NCBI GenBank assembly: GCA_934613415.1
Contig: CAKTSY010000001.1
Location: 390,001-422,000 of the forward strand
DNA length: 32,000 nucleotides
Source of the DNA: an uncultured Opitutales bacterium
GTDB taxonomy: Bacteria; Verrucomicrobiota; Verrucomicrobiia; Opitutales; Intestinicryptomonadaceae
Reading direction: 5' to 3'
Shown here: piece by piece, positions 1-7,549 of the stretch
Layout: every line of letters begins with the position of its first letter
Numbering within the stretch: position 1 is the stretch's first letter
Notes under the pieces: generated by a model
The model's database searches: none
What the model saw: the letters and a program-made list of their open reading frames with translations, nothing else
Told to the model about the DNA's origin: nothing
Position numbers and translations under genes: made by a program

Positions 1-905
1 TCCAAAGCGCCCGCGCCCAAATCGCCGGCATAAATAAAATCGCCAAAGGCATTTTTTTTGCCGTCCGACAAATATTTGCAAACGCCCTTTATGTCTTTGC
101 ACATAAGCACCGCCGAATACGCCAAGTCGAAAGATTTTGCATCGGGAACATTTTTAAATGCAACGGATAAATCGGCATAGTCTGCCATAGAATCGACTTT
201 TGAATTAAGCTCGCACAATTCAATCCAGTTAAGCTTTTTTGCAAACGACAACAACCCAACGCAATACGATTCGTACTTAAAGCGCGAAGTGTCGTCGTTT
301 TTTATGTTGCTTAGCTTTAGGGCAAAGTCTTTTAAAAATTCGGCGTTAAACGAGCCGCTTTGAACGCTTAAAGCCGTTATTGCAACCGCTGCCGAATAGG
401 GAACGCCAGCCGAAGTGGAAGCCGCAGGCAGCAAAACCGTGTTTAAATTCCGCAATTTTAAAATTTCGCAAACAAGCGGCATTTCGCTTTGCGAAAGGAA
501 ATCGAAAAACGCGTTTCTTATTTGGGGCGTAGCCAACAGCGCATATACGCTTTGCGGAGTTTCGTCTTTAAGCGAAAATGTTGAATATAACGCCGAAAAG
601 AAAGTTTCTTCGCCGCCCGCTACGCGCCAAACGCCCTTTTCGCTTAGCATATTTTCGCTTGCAGCTTTCAACGCCTTTGCGCTGGGCGAATTGTCGTATC
701 TTAATAAGTCTATTGCCAAACTTGGCTTTGCCGTACCCAAATAAAATTCGGCAAGAGTTTTGCGGTTTACCGAATTGTTTGCGCTAAGCAGCTGCGACTG
801 TGAAATGCCCGAAAAATACGAAGGCACGTTTACCGCCAAAAATATTGCGGCAAAGCCCAACACGGCTTTTAGCGCAGCTATAACGGCTTTGGCAAACGGC
901 TTCAT
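1..905 (-). CDS. hypothetical membrane-anchored protein (3' end runs off the window; not in the ORF track)
   Basis: I reverse-complemented 905..1 by hand. ATG at 905 gives MKPFAKAVIAALKAVLGFAAIFLAVNVPSYF..., followed by ~301 codons with no stop down to position 1. It has an N-terminal hydrophobic anchor and starts 18 nt after the IMPase stop on the same strand. The + strand ORFs 415..1092 in the track are low-complexity shadows of it. Confidence 0.6.
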   Translation of the reverse strand, partial: MKPFAKAVIAALKAVLGFAAIFLAVNVPSYFSGISQSQLLSANNSVNRKTLAEFYLGTAKPSLAIDLLRYDNSPSAKALKAASENMLSEKGVWRVAGGEETFFSALYSTFSLKDETPQSVYALLATPQIRNAFFDFLSQSEMPLVCEILKLRNLNTVLLPAASTSAGVPYSAAVAITALSVQSGSFNAEFLKDFALKLSNIKNDDTSRFKYESYCVGLLSFAKKLNWIELCELNSKVDSMADYADLSVAFKNVPDAKSFDLAYSAVLMCKDIKGVCKYLSDGKKNAFGDFIYAGDLGAGAL

Positions 906-923
906 AAAGAATTTTTTTAAATT

Positions 924-1694
924 CTATTCTTTTGGGTTTAAAATTTTAACGCATTCGTCGAACATATGCTTTGTGCAGCACGCCATACAGCCGTGCTTTT
1001 TGTGGTCGTTGCCGCCGCATAAGTCGCCAACTGTTGCCCCTGCGCCCTTTAGGTTTGGCAAAAGCGCCATAATATCCCAAATTTCAAGCTGAGCGTCTAT
1101 CATAACGTGGGCTAGCCCTCTGCACAAAAGCATATAGCCGTAGCAGTCGCCCCACGAGCGCAAGATATAGCACTTCTTTTCCATATCGTACCAGCCTTGG
1201 CGGCTGTGCAAAAAGGGCACTCCCCTTGTGTCGGAAGTTAAAACGGTTGCCTTTGCAATGTCGGTTTCGTGCGAAACTTTTACAGGCTTGCCGTTAAACA
1301 GGCATTCGTTGTTGTCGCCAATCATACGCTGTTTTAAAATGGGCTGGTTTATCATACCCAAAATTGGCTGGTTATTGCGCATTAGGGCAACCAACGTACC
1401 GAACAGCGGAACTTTTGTTATATACGACTTTGTTCCATCTATGGGGTCTAGCACCCAAACATATTCGGCGTCGGTATTTTCGTTGCCGTATTCTTCGCCA
1501 ATAATGCCGTGGTCGGGGAACTTCGCCTTAATGCGTTCCCTAAGCATAAGCTCGGTATTTTTGTCTGTACGGGTAACGGGCGAATGGTCGTTCTTTAAGT
1601 CCCAACTTATATTTTGTTTAAATTCGCCTGCGATATAATTTTCGGTAATATCGCCCAATTCGTTAATAAATTTCTTGAAAATTTCCATTTCCAT
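924..1694 (-). CDS. inositol monophosphatase / HisN-family phosphatase
   Basis: It carries IMPase signatures: EEYG, WVLDPIDGTKSY (the DPIDGT metal site) and a C-terminal WDIMAL...GAGATVGD block. The ORF is open to 1781, but the conserved N-terminus begins at MEMEIFKKF (ATG 1694, alternatively 1688). Confidence 0.85.
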   Translation of the reverse strand: MEMEIFKKFINELGDITENYIAGEFKQNISWDLKNDHSPVTRTDKNTELMLRERIKAKFPDHGIIGEEYGNENTDAEYVWVLDPIDGTKSYITKVPLFGTLVALMRNNQPILGMINQPILKQRMIGDNNECLFNGKPVKVSHETDIAKATVLTSDTRGVPFLHSRQGWYDMEKKCYILRSWGDCYGYMLLCRGLAHVMIDAQLEIWDIMALLPNLKGAGATVGDLCGGNDHKKHGCMACCTKHMFDECVKILNPKE

Positions 1695-1714
1695 ATATGT
1701 TCTTATAGTTGCAA

Positions 1715-2368
1715 ATGACAAAGGATTACGCAAGCGATAAAATACCAATTTTTGCCCTTGATTTCGAGGGTGCAATAGCATGCGGCATTGTGGAATTTGG
1801 CGTTGTAGAAATTAGAGATTGGGAAATTGTTTCGCTTAAAACGTCCCTGTGCGCGCCAAGGCAAAAGGTTGCCCCAAAAACTATGGATATGTGCGGCTTT
1901 TCGGCAAACGAATTAAAGCGCGCGCCCAGGTTTGAAAGCTTTGCAAACGATTTCATACAAATGCGTAAAATAGGCCTTTTTGCCGCCCACAATAAGGGGG
2001 CAGAAAGCTCTATGCTAAACAGCTATTTCCCAAATCCCAGCGCGTTTACCGATTTTACAAACAATACCCCCACCTTTTCGTGGTCGCCTTTTATAGATAC
2101 GCTTGTTTTGGTAAAGAAAATATTCCCCATGCTAAAAAGCGCGGCTTTAAGCAACGTAATAGAACGCCTTGGGCTTTTAGATAGGCTAAACGAAAACGCC
2201 CAACGCTTTTGCCCTAAAAACCGTCAAAAGTGGCACTGCGCCCCCTACGACGCCCTTGCCTGCGCCGAAATTATTATTGCGCTTTCTAAACTAAACGGGT
2301 TCGAAAACCTAAGCGTTAAGTGGCTTGCCCAAAATTCCACAAACGACAACCAACTTAGCCTGTTTTAA
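1715..2368 (+). CDS. DEDDh-type 3'-5' exonuclease (DnaQ/epsilon-like domain protein)
   Basis: ExoI is FALDFEG, ExoII-like is AAHNKGAESSML and ExoIII is HCAPYDALACAEI (H-x4-D). The first ATG is at 1715; the track start at 1709 is a TTG. Confidence 0.75.
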   Translation: MTKDYASDKIPIFALDFEGAIACGIVEFGVVEIRDWEIVSLKTSLCAPRQKVAPKTMDMCGFSANELKRAPRFESFANDFIQMRKIGLFAAHNKGAESSMLNSYFPNPSAFTDFTNNTPTFSWSPFIDTLVLVKKIFPMLKSAALSNVIERLGLLDRLNENAQRFCPKNRQKWHCAPYDALACAEIIIALSKLNGFENLSVKWLAQNSTNDNQLSLF

Positions 2369-2423
2369 AAATTTTTGGTTTTTGCTTGTTCAACTGCCAA
2401 GCAAATTTTGCCATTTGCAATTT

Positions 2424-2448
2424 GCCGCCAAAATTGGCGGCTTTTTTG
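2424..2448 (+). terminator. rho-independent terminator after the exonuclease gene
   Basis: Stem GCCGCC(AA)/(TT)GGCGGC at 2424-2441, followed by TTTTTTG. Confidence 0.7.
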
Positions 2449-2562
2449 TTTCGGATATTTTAAGCATTGCAGCCGATAAATGTCTGCAAATATAAATACG
2501 CGAAAAAGCCCCCATAAAAACACGCCTAAAAAAGGCGCAATTTTTATATATAAATTCCAAAC

Positions 2563-2592
2563 AAAAAAAAGGGCTTGCCTTGCGGCAAGCCC
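2563..2592 (-). terminator. rho-independent terminator after the secretin gene
   Basis: On the minus strand the stem is GGGCTTGCC-GCAA-GGCAAGCCC (2571-2592), followed by T8 (the A-run 2563-2570 on the + strand). It lies 26 nt after the stop at 2618. Confidence 0.85.
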
Positions 2593-2617
2593 CACTTTCG
2601 AAAATATAACTAACTAA

Positions 2618-5479
2618 TTATTTTGTAGCGGCTGCTTCTTTTTCTACAGCTCTAATGCGCTTGATAGCTCCGCCAGGCGATACAACTATCGGGCTTTGAT
2701 ACAAGCTGCCGGGACGCATTGCCGAGAATTGTTCGTTTGCTATGCTGCCTCCTGGAGAGATTCTGTTGGCCGTTACGAATATCAACAAGTTTCTCTTTTG
2801 GCGAGTTTCGCCCTTCGATTTGAAGAGACGGCCCAACAAGGGGATATCGCCCAAAACGGGAACTTTGTCGTTTACTGTTTTAACTTCTTCGCGTGTTAAA
2901 CCGCCCAATACAACGGTTGCGCCGTCGAACACTGTAACCTTGGTGCGAACTTCGCGAACCGAGAATACAGGCTGAATGAAGCCCGAGGGAACTGTAACCG
3001 TTACATAGCCAGACAAGGCAACTGCAACGCCACCGTATTCCATAAAGCCTTCAAATTCGCTTACTGTGGGGTTCAACAATAGTGTTATAGAAGAGTCTTC
3101 TTCAACCGTGGGGGTAACTTCCATTACAACACCAACGTCGTATTTTACGAAGTCTTGCGGAGTACCGGGGGTGATTGTAACACCAGCTGCGCCGCCGCTT
3201 GTGCTTGTACCGGAAGATTGACCTACGTTAGATTGAACGTCGCCCCATTGTTCGGGATAACGCAATTCTTGCGAGATTCTGATTTGGGCTGTTTCGCCCG
3301 AAAGAACCGTTAGCTTGGGTGCGCAAAGCAAGTCGCTGCCTTGTTCTTGGCTGATTGCGGTAATTGCCATTCTGGCTTCAAAACCGTTGATTACGCCAAG
3401 GATTGTGTCGGCTGTGCTCATTGCATTCTTTGCCAAGTTAATCGACGAGGGAACGTCGGGAATGTTTTGGGCAACTTGGTCCTTTGTGGGAGCCGACAAA
3501 GTCGGGTCTGTATTGATGATGGTTGTGGGAACCGAACCCGCATTTGTTTGCGACTTAGTCATCGAAAGCAAACGGTTGTTCGAGTAGTCCAAGCTCTTAC
3601 CCATTTCGGTGTTGTAGGTTTGGAACAATGTTTCGGTTCTGCCGTCGGCTCTTACGCGAGACATATTGTAGTTGAATGCCAACTGGTCTAAGTTGCCCTG
3701 GTTTACTTCCATAAACTTGGTTTCAACTTCAACCTGTTTTACTTCGCTATAACGCTGCAATATGTTGCGGATCTTGTCCAAATTGCGGGGGGTGTTTGTT
3801 ACGATAATTGTAGTACCGTCGAATACCAAACCGCTTGCAGGGCCAAATTCTACGCCCGCTTTGGTGAGGAATTGCTTAATCATATCGTCTTTCTTATCGC
3901 CGCCGTCTGCCGAAGCTGCTGCATTGCTTGCAAAGGGATCGTTGCCGCCCTCGCCTTCGGCCTTAGTGCCCGAAATACCCAACATGCGGGTTACAGTTGC
4001 CTGCGACAAGGGGAACGAAACTGTGTCGGTCTGCAATGTGGGCTGGTTTTCTGCACCCTTGCGAACTACAACAACGTCGTCTTCAATATCGTAGGTGTAG
4101 GCTACTTGGCGTGTTGCAAAGTCTAAGATTTGACCCAATGTTGCGCCGCGCAATACCATAGAAACATTCTTGGCGTTGCTGCCTTCGGCTCCGTAAAGAA
4201 CCATATTAACACCCTTTTCGCCGTCTGTAGACTTATCGTATTCAACCGACAAAGTGGAGAGTGTGCTTACAACCTTTGCCAAGGGAACTTCCTGGAAGTT
4301 GGCTTCGGGGATAACAATTTCCTTCAACTTGGCAGCTACGGGAGAGGTTACTACACCCTTTTCGTTTGTTGCCAAAGTGCCCGAATAAACTTGGGGCAAT
4401 CTCCAAGCTTCGTTTACGTCGTTAAGCATCGAAGCCCTTGTGCTTTCAACCGTTTTGCGGCCAACTTTGTTGAGCTTTTCGGAGATAAGCTTAAGGTATG
4501 CCAAAGATTCTATGTTGTTGGAATCTAATGTACCAACCGAGCGGAATGTTATTGCAGCACCGTCGTAGTCGCCGTACAAGTACTGAATTTTGCCGCGCTT
4601 GATAAGGTTTTTAACTTCCTTTTGGCGTTCAACATATTCGGGACTTACCGATTCCAAAGTGTTCTTGTAGGGGTTTTCGTCGTCTCTAGCAATCTTGTCT
4701 GCCAAGCGCTTCGAGTCGGAGGAATTGTCGGATTTTTCGGCATAGTCTTGCGCATATTGTTTTGCGCTTGCAAAGTCGCCCTTGGCGGCTGCCGCTTTGG
4801 CGTTTTCTTTAGCCAACGCTGCTTTTACTGCCTTAATTTCCTTCTTGGCGTTCTTTACCAAGTCGGTTGCAGAGTCGCATTCTGCCAATTTGGCGTCTGC
4901 GGTAGAAATCTTTTGAGCTGCGTCTGCCAACTTTTCGTCGTCAATCAAAGTGTACGATTCGTCAATCAATTCGTATACCTTGTCTACAGTAAGCTTTTGC
5001 TTGTGTTCGGCTGCTGCCAATGCCTGGTCTACAGCTGCCTTTTCGGCTGCAATTTTAGCGTCTTTTGCCGCTTTTTCGTCTGCAACTTTTTTAGCTTCTG
5101 CCGCCGCTTTAGCTTCGGCGGCTTTCTTTACTTCGGCTGCCTTTTTGGCTTCTGCTACTTTCTTAGCTTCGGCCGCTTTTGCTGCAGCTTCTTTTGCCTT
5201 GGCTTCGGCAACTGCCTTGTTTTGAGCCTCTATAGCCGCATTTACGTCCATAAGAAGTTGCTGAACTGCCTTATCTTTGGGGGCAATTTTCAACAATTCT
5301 TCGAGGGATTTTTTAGATGTGGCCAAGTCGCCGCTGTCTCTAGCCTGTACAGCTGCAACCATTAGGCTTATTTTCTGCTGGGTTTTGTCTGCCTGCGCGT
5401 ACGACGATACCGCGAACGACAAGCCCGCGAATAGCACCACTGCAAAAGCAAGCAGCTTTTTAACTCGATTTCTTTTCAT
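2618..5479 (-). CDS. secretin (PilQ/GspD family outer-membrane channel) with a long N-terminal extension
   Basis: Sec signal MKRNRVKKLLAFAVVLFAGLSFAVSSYAQA. An N0-like domain is present (IVIPEANFQEVPLAKVVSTLS...LRGATLGQILDFATRQVAYTYDIEDDVVVV). The C-terminal secretin signature is VPVLGDIPLLGRLFKSKGETRQKRNLLIFVTANRI. Confidence 0.9.
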   Translation of the reverse strand: MKRNRVKKLLAFAVVLFAGLSFAVSSYAQADKTQQKISLMVAAVQARDSGDLATSKKSLEELLKIAPKDKAVQQLLMDVNAAIEAQNKAVAEAKAKEAAAKAAEAKKVAEAKKAAEVKKAAEAKAAAEAKKVADEKAAKDAKIAAEKAAVDQALAAAEHKQKLTVDKVYELIDESYTLIDDEKLADAAQKISTADAKLAECDSATDLVKNAKKEIKAVKAALAKENAKAAAAKGDFASAKQYAQDYAEKSDNSSDSKRLADKIARDDENPYKNTLESVSPEYVERQKEVKNLIKRGKIQYLYGDYDGAAITFRSVGTLDSNNIESLAYLKLISEKLNKVGRKTVESTRASMLNDVNEAWRLPQVYSGTLATNEKGVVTSPVAAKLKEIVIPEANFQEVPLAKVVSTLSTLSVEYDKSTDGEKGVNMVLYGAEGSNAKNVSMVLRGATLGQILDFATRQVAYTYDIEDDVVVVRKGAENQPTLQTDTVSFPLSQATVTRMLGISGTKAEGEGGNDPFASNAAASADGGDKKDDMIKQFLTKAGVEFGPASGLVFDGTTIIVTNTPRNLDKIRNILQRYSEVKQVEVETKFMEVNQGNLDQLAFNYNMSRVRADGRTETLFQTYNTEMGKSLDYSNNRLLSMTKSQTNAGSVPTTIINTDPTLSAPTKDQVAQNIPDVPSSINLAKNAMSTADTILGVINGFEARMAITAISQEQGSDLLCAPKLTVLSGETAQIRISQELRYPEQWGDVQSNVGQSSGTSTSGGAAGVTITPGTPQDFVKYDVGVVMEVTPTVEEDSSITLLLNPTVSEFEGFMEYGGVAVALSGYVTVTVPSGFIQPVFSVREVRTKVTVFDGATVVLGGLTREEVKTVNDKVPVLGDIPLLGRLFKSKGETRQKRNLLIFVTANRISPGGSIANEQFSAMRPGSLYQSPIVVSPGGAIKRIRAVEKEAAATK
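5033..5215 (-). repeat. in-frame degenerate 18-nt (6-aa) tandem repeats encoding an Ala/Lys/Glu-rich segment of the secretin
   Basis: Residues ~89-149 read AVAEAKAKEAAAKAAEAKKVAEAKKAAEVKKAAEAKAAAEAKKVADEKAAKDAKIAAEKAA. The periodicity is visible in the DNA as repeated gcttc(g/t)gc(c/t)gc units. Confidence 0.7.
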
Positions 5480-5544
5480 ATCTGTTAGTTGTATATTTTC
5501 GTTTAGTTAATAATTCAGACTATAACGTCTTTTTTATTTTTTAA

Positions 5545-5571
5545 AAGCTTTATTTTGTAAAATTTTTACAA
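5545..5571 (-). promoter_or_regulatory. conserved AT-rich motif (copy 2) upstream of the secretin gene, containing an 8-1-8 inverted repeat
   Basis: The minus-strand reading is TTGTAAAAATTTTACAAAATAAAGCTT. The 12-mer TTGTAAAAATTT and the downstream AAAGCTT are shared with 10052..10077. TTGTAAAA-A-TTTTACAA is palindromic. It lies in the only long (100 nt) intercistronic gap of the operon. Confidence 0.35.
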
Positions 5572-5579
5572 GTAAAGAA

Positions 5580-6464
5580 CTACTTAGTTTCAATGTCGTG
5601 TGCACCCGAAGCGTCTAGCTTCTTGGTAACAGTGCCCTTGCCTTCGGGCAAAGTCTGTTCAACAACAACAAAAGCATCGTCGAACGAAAGGTCTTTTACC
5701 GTGTAAACCGAATTGTTGTATTCGATTTTTTCGCCCTTGTTCTTTATAAGCCATTTTTGGTTCGGGTCTTTTGCCGACGCAATTTCTATGCGGCGTTCGG
5801 CGGGCAAAAGCGTGGGCTTGCCTGTAGAAATTTCTACGGGTTTGCTTAGGCGTTTGTCTTCAAAAACAACCGTCATACCAATAGTGATTGTGTTGTCGGC
5901 GTTCTTGGTTGTAAACTTTTTAAAGTCTAGCACCTTAAAGCCCAAATCTATGCGCCTTTTGCCGCTAATGTCGGTTGGGTCTTTAATTGAAATGGGAACG
6001 CCCTTTTTGCCGGTAAACTCCATATTGTTGTCGGCATTTTGGAACTGGAAAATCGGGTTTTCGGCCGAGCCTATGTAGCCTGTAAGCTTAATACCGTAAA
6101 CTGCGCTTGTAACCGACGCGAATTTGATTTCGAATGCGGTTTTTTCTTCGGCAACGGTAATGGGGGCTTCGGTTATGAATTTGCCGGATTTGTCTACCCA
6201 AATTTTCGGGGGCGTAAACAATTCAAAAAGCCAGTTAGCGTCTTCCGACTGTGCGGGCGGATTTTCCCACGCCATCGACTGCGAAATTGTAAACTTGGCG
6301 TCTTTGTCTACCCACTTTTCGCCCTGCGGGCCGCTTTGCAACGCCGCTTTCGCCTTCTTTTCGAATTTTGAAATGTTCGGGCTATTCAAGAAATAGAACG
6401 CCGCACTTGCCGCCAACACCAGTAGCGCCAATACAAAGCAAATTTTATCGTAATGTTTGTTCAT
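5580..6464 (-). CDS. bitopic inner-membrane protein, PilP/GspC-like (Amuc_1099 position)
   Basis: N-terminal TM segment ICFVLALLVLAASAAFYF, followed by beta-rich modules (LFELFTPPKIW..., YTVKDLSFDDAFVVVEQTLPEGKG). It sits immediately upstream of the secretin. AAGGA lies 8 nt before the ATG. Confidence 0.55.
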   Translation of the reverse strand: MNKHYDKICFVLALLVLAASAAFYFLNSPNISKFEKKAKAALQSGPQGEKWVDKDAKFTISQSMAWENPPAQSEDANWLFELFTPPKIWVDKSGKFITEAPITVAEEKTAFEIKFASVTSAVYGIKLTGYIGSAENPIFQFQNADNNMEFTGKKGVPISIKDPTDISGKRRIDLGFKVLDFKKFTTKNADNTITIGMTVVFEDKRLSKPVEISTGKPTLLPAERRIEIASAKDPNQKWLIKNKGEKIEYNNSVYTVKDLSFDDAFVVVEQTLPEGKGTVTKKLDASGAHDIETK

Positions 6465-6490
6465 ATATAAAATCCTTCAAAAAATTGCCG

Positions 6491-7507
6491 TTATTTGTTG
6501 TTTTCGGCGGCTTCAGGCGTAGGTTCGTCTTTAGCCATTTCAACATATTCTATTACAACCGTAAATTCCGACAAATTGTCGGTAATGATGGGTTCTTTTG
6601 CAGCGTCTTTGCCCTTTGCGGCTTCGTCTTGAGCCTTTTGCTCTTGCTCAAAAGAGTCTGCCGAAGCAACTTCGTCGGTAACGGGGCCGCCCAATTTTAC
6701 CTCTACCGAGCGCACAACAAGCATAATGTTGAAATCTTTAAGCTTGTTAAGGAAATTGCGCAATACGTCGGTTTGCGAAGTAAACGTAATTTTATACGCC
6801 AATGTGTCTATGCTGCCGTCTACCCTTGCCGAAACAATGTCGTCTATCTTAAAGGTGTCGGAGCTAGCCTGAGCCCTCTGGCGAACCCTTCTGGAACGGG
6901 TGTTACGCTTGTTGGCGTCGGCGGCGGCTTCTTCCTTCGAGATTTCTACGGGAATAACTTCGCGCATAACGCTATTTATTTTCATAGGCACGTTTTCTGC
7001 CTTAGAATCTATAAGCTGGTGCATTATGTAGCCCAAAACCGAGGCTTGCTTCCACAATTCGGGAACAGCTTCGTCTCTGGGAGGGTTAGAGCCTGCAACA
7101 TAATATTTCTTAAAGCCGAAATTTTCGTTTTCGTTTAAGTAAATATCTTTGCTTTTGGCTTCAGCCGTCCAAGAATCTACCATACCGCGCAAGGCTTCAA
7201 CAAATGCAAAGCCCTCCTTCATGGGAGCCGGCTTTATTATGTCGGAAGACGCGGGGCTTAAGCTTGTTACAAGCTTGTCTAGCTTGCCTTGAATGTATTT
7301 AATGTTTTGTTCAGACTTTTCTACCGATTCTACCGAAGGGTCTTCGTTTTGGGCGGTTCTAAATGCCGAAGCCGCCTTATTGTAGGCCTTTTCGGCTTTC
7401 GACAAATCGCCCAGCAAAACAACGTCGTATGCCGCGCCGCCAACAAAGGCCGCCAACAACAACGCTACTACGGCAAAAAATAGAGGGTGCTTTTTTATGT
7501 AATTCAT
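6491..7507 (-). CDS. Amuc_1100-like / PilO-like bitopic protein
   Basis: N-terminal TM segment PLFFAVVALLLAAFVGGAAY, then a coiled-coil region, then blocks that line up from memory with Akkermansia Amuc_1100. Examples are FGFKKYY vs LGFQVYS, VLRNFLNKLKDFNIMLVVRSVEVK vs VLKAMNAITGMQDYLFTVNSIRIR, and a C-terminal EFTVVIEYVEM vs VFVQVSLNLVHF, plus an acidic tail. Confidence 0.6.
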   Translation of the reverse strand: MNYIKKHPLFFAVVALLLAAFVGGAAYDVVLLGDLSKAEKAYNKAASAFRTAQNEDPSVESVEKSEQNIKYIQGKLDKLVTSLSPASSDIIKPAPMKEGFAFVEALRGMVDSWTAEAKSKDIYLNENENFGFKKYYVAGSNPPRDEAVPELWKQASVLGYIMHQLIDSKAENVPMKINSVMREVIPVEISKEEAAADANKRNTRSRRVRQRAQASSDTFKIDDIVSARVDGSIDTLAYKITFTSQTDVLRNFLNKLKDFNIMLVVRSVEVKLGGPVTDEVASADSFEQEQKAQDEAAKGKDAAKEPIITDNLSEFTVVIEYVEMAKDEPTPEAAENNK

Positions 7508-7549
7508 TTAAAATTCCTTTTTCTATTCAAGATTGCGCCGATAACAAAA

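Noticed and set aside
924-1000. The Cys/His-rich C-terminus of the IMPase-family protein (CGGNDHKKHGCMACCTKHMFDEC), considered as an appended metal-binding domain.
   Set aside because: It aligns by eye with the normal C-terminal helix region of the IMPase fold (G..vtD..G....vva.n..lh.e.l). It is therefore not an extension, only Cys substitutions.
415-1092. Three overlapping + strand ORFs from the track (415..744, 578..787, 760..1092).
   Set aside because: Their translations are low-complexity. All three lie antisense to a continuous ~301-codon minus-strand frame (1..905) or to the IMPase 3' end, so they are shadow ORFs.
2365-2595. A 76-aa minus-strand ORF in the convergent intergenic region between the exonuclease and secretin genes.
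   Set aside because: Its 5' end contains the secretin terminator hairpin (2571-2592) and its body contains the plus-strand terminator (2424-2448). There is no RBS and no recognisable motif.
4622-5365. A 247-aa + strand ORF, very rich in Cys/Phe/Leu, inside the secretin gene. Similar long antisense ORFs occur at 6368..7138, 21198..21881, 22511..23050 and 23060..23782.
   Set aside because: They lie antisense to genes with unmistakable family motifs (secretin, Amuc_1100-like, glnS, rpsA). Their odd Cys/Phe/Val-rich composition is what the reverse complement of Ala/Lys/Glu-rich coding sequence produces.
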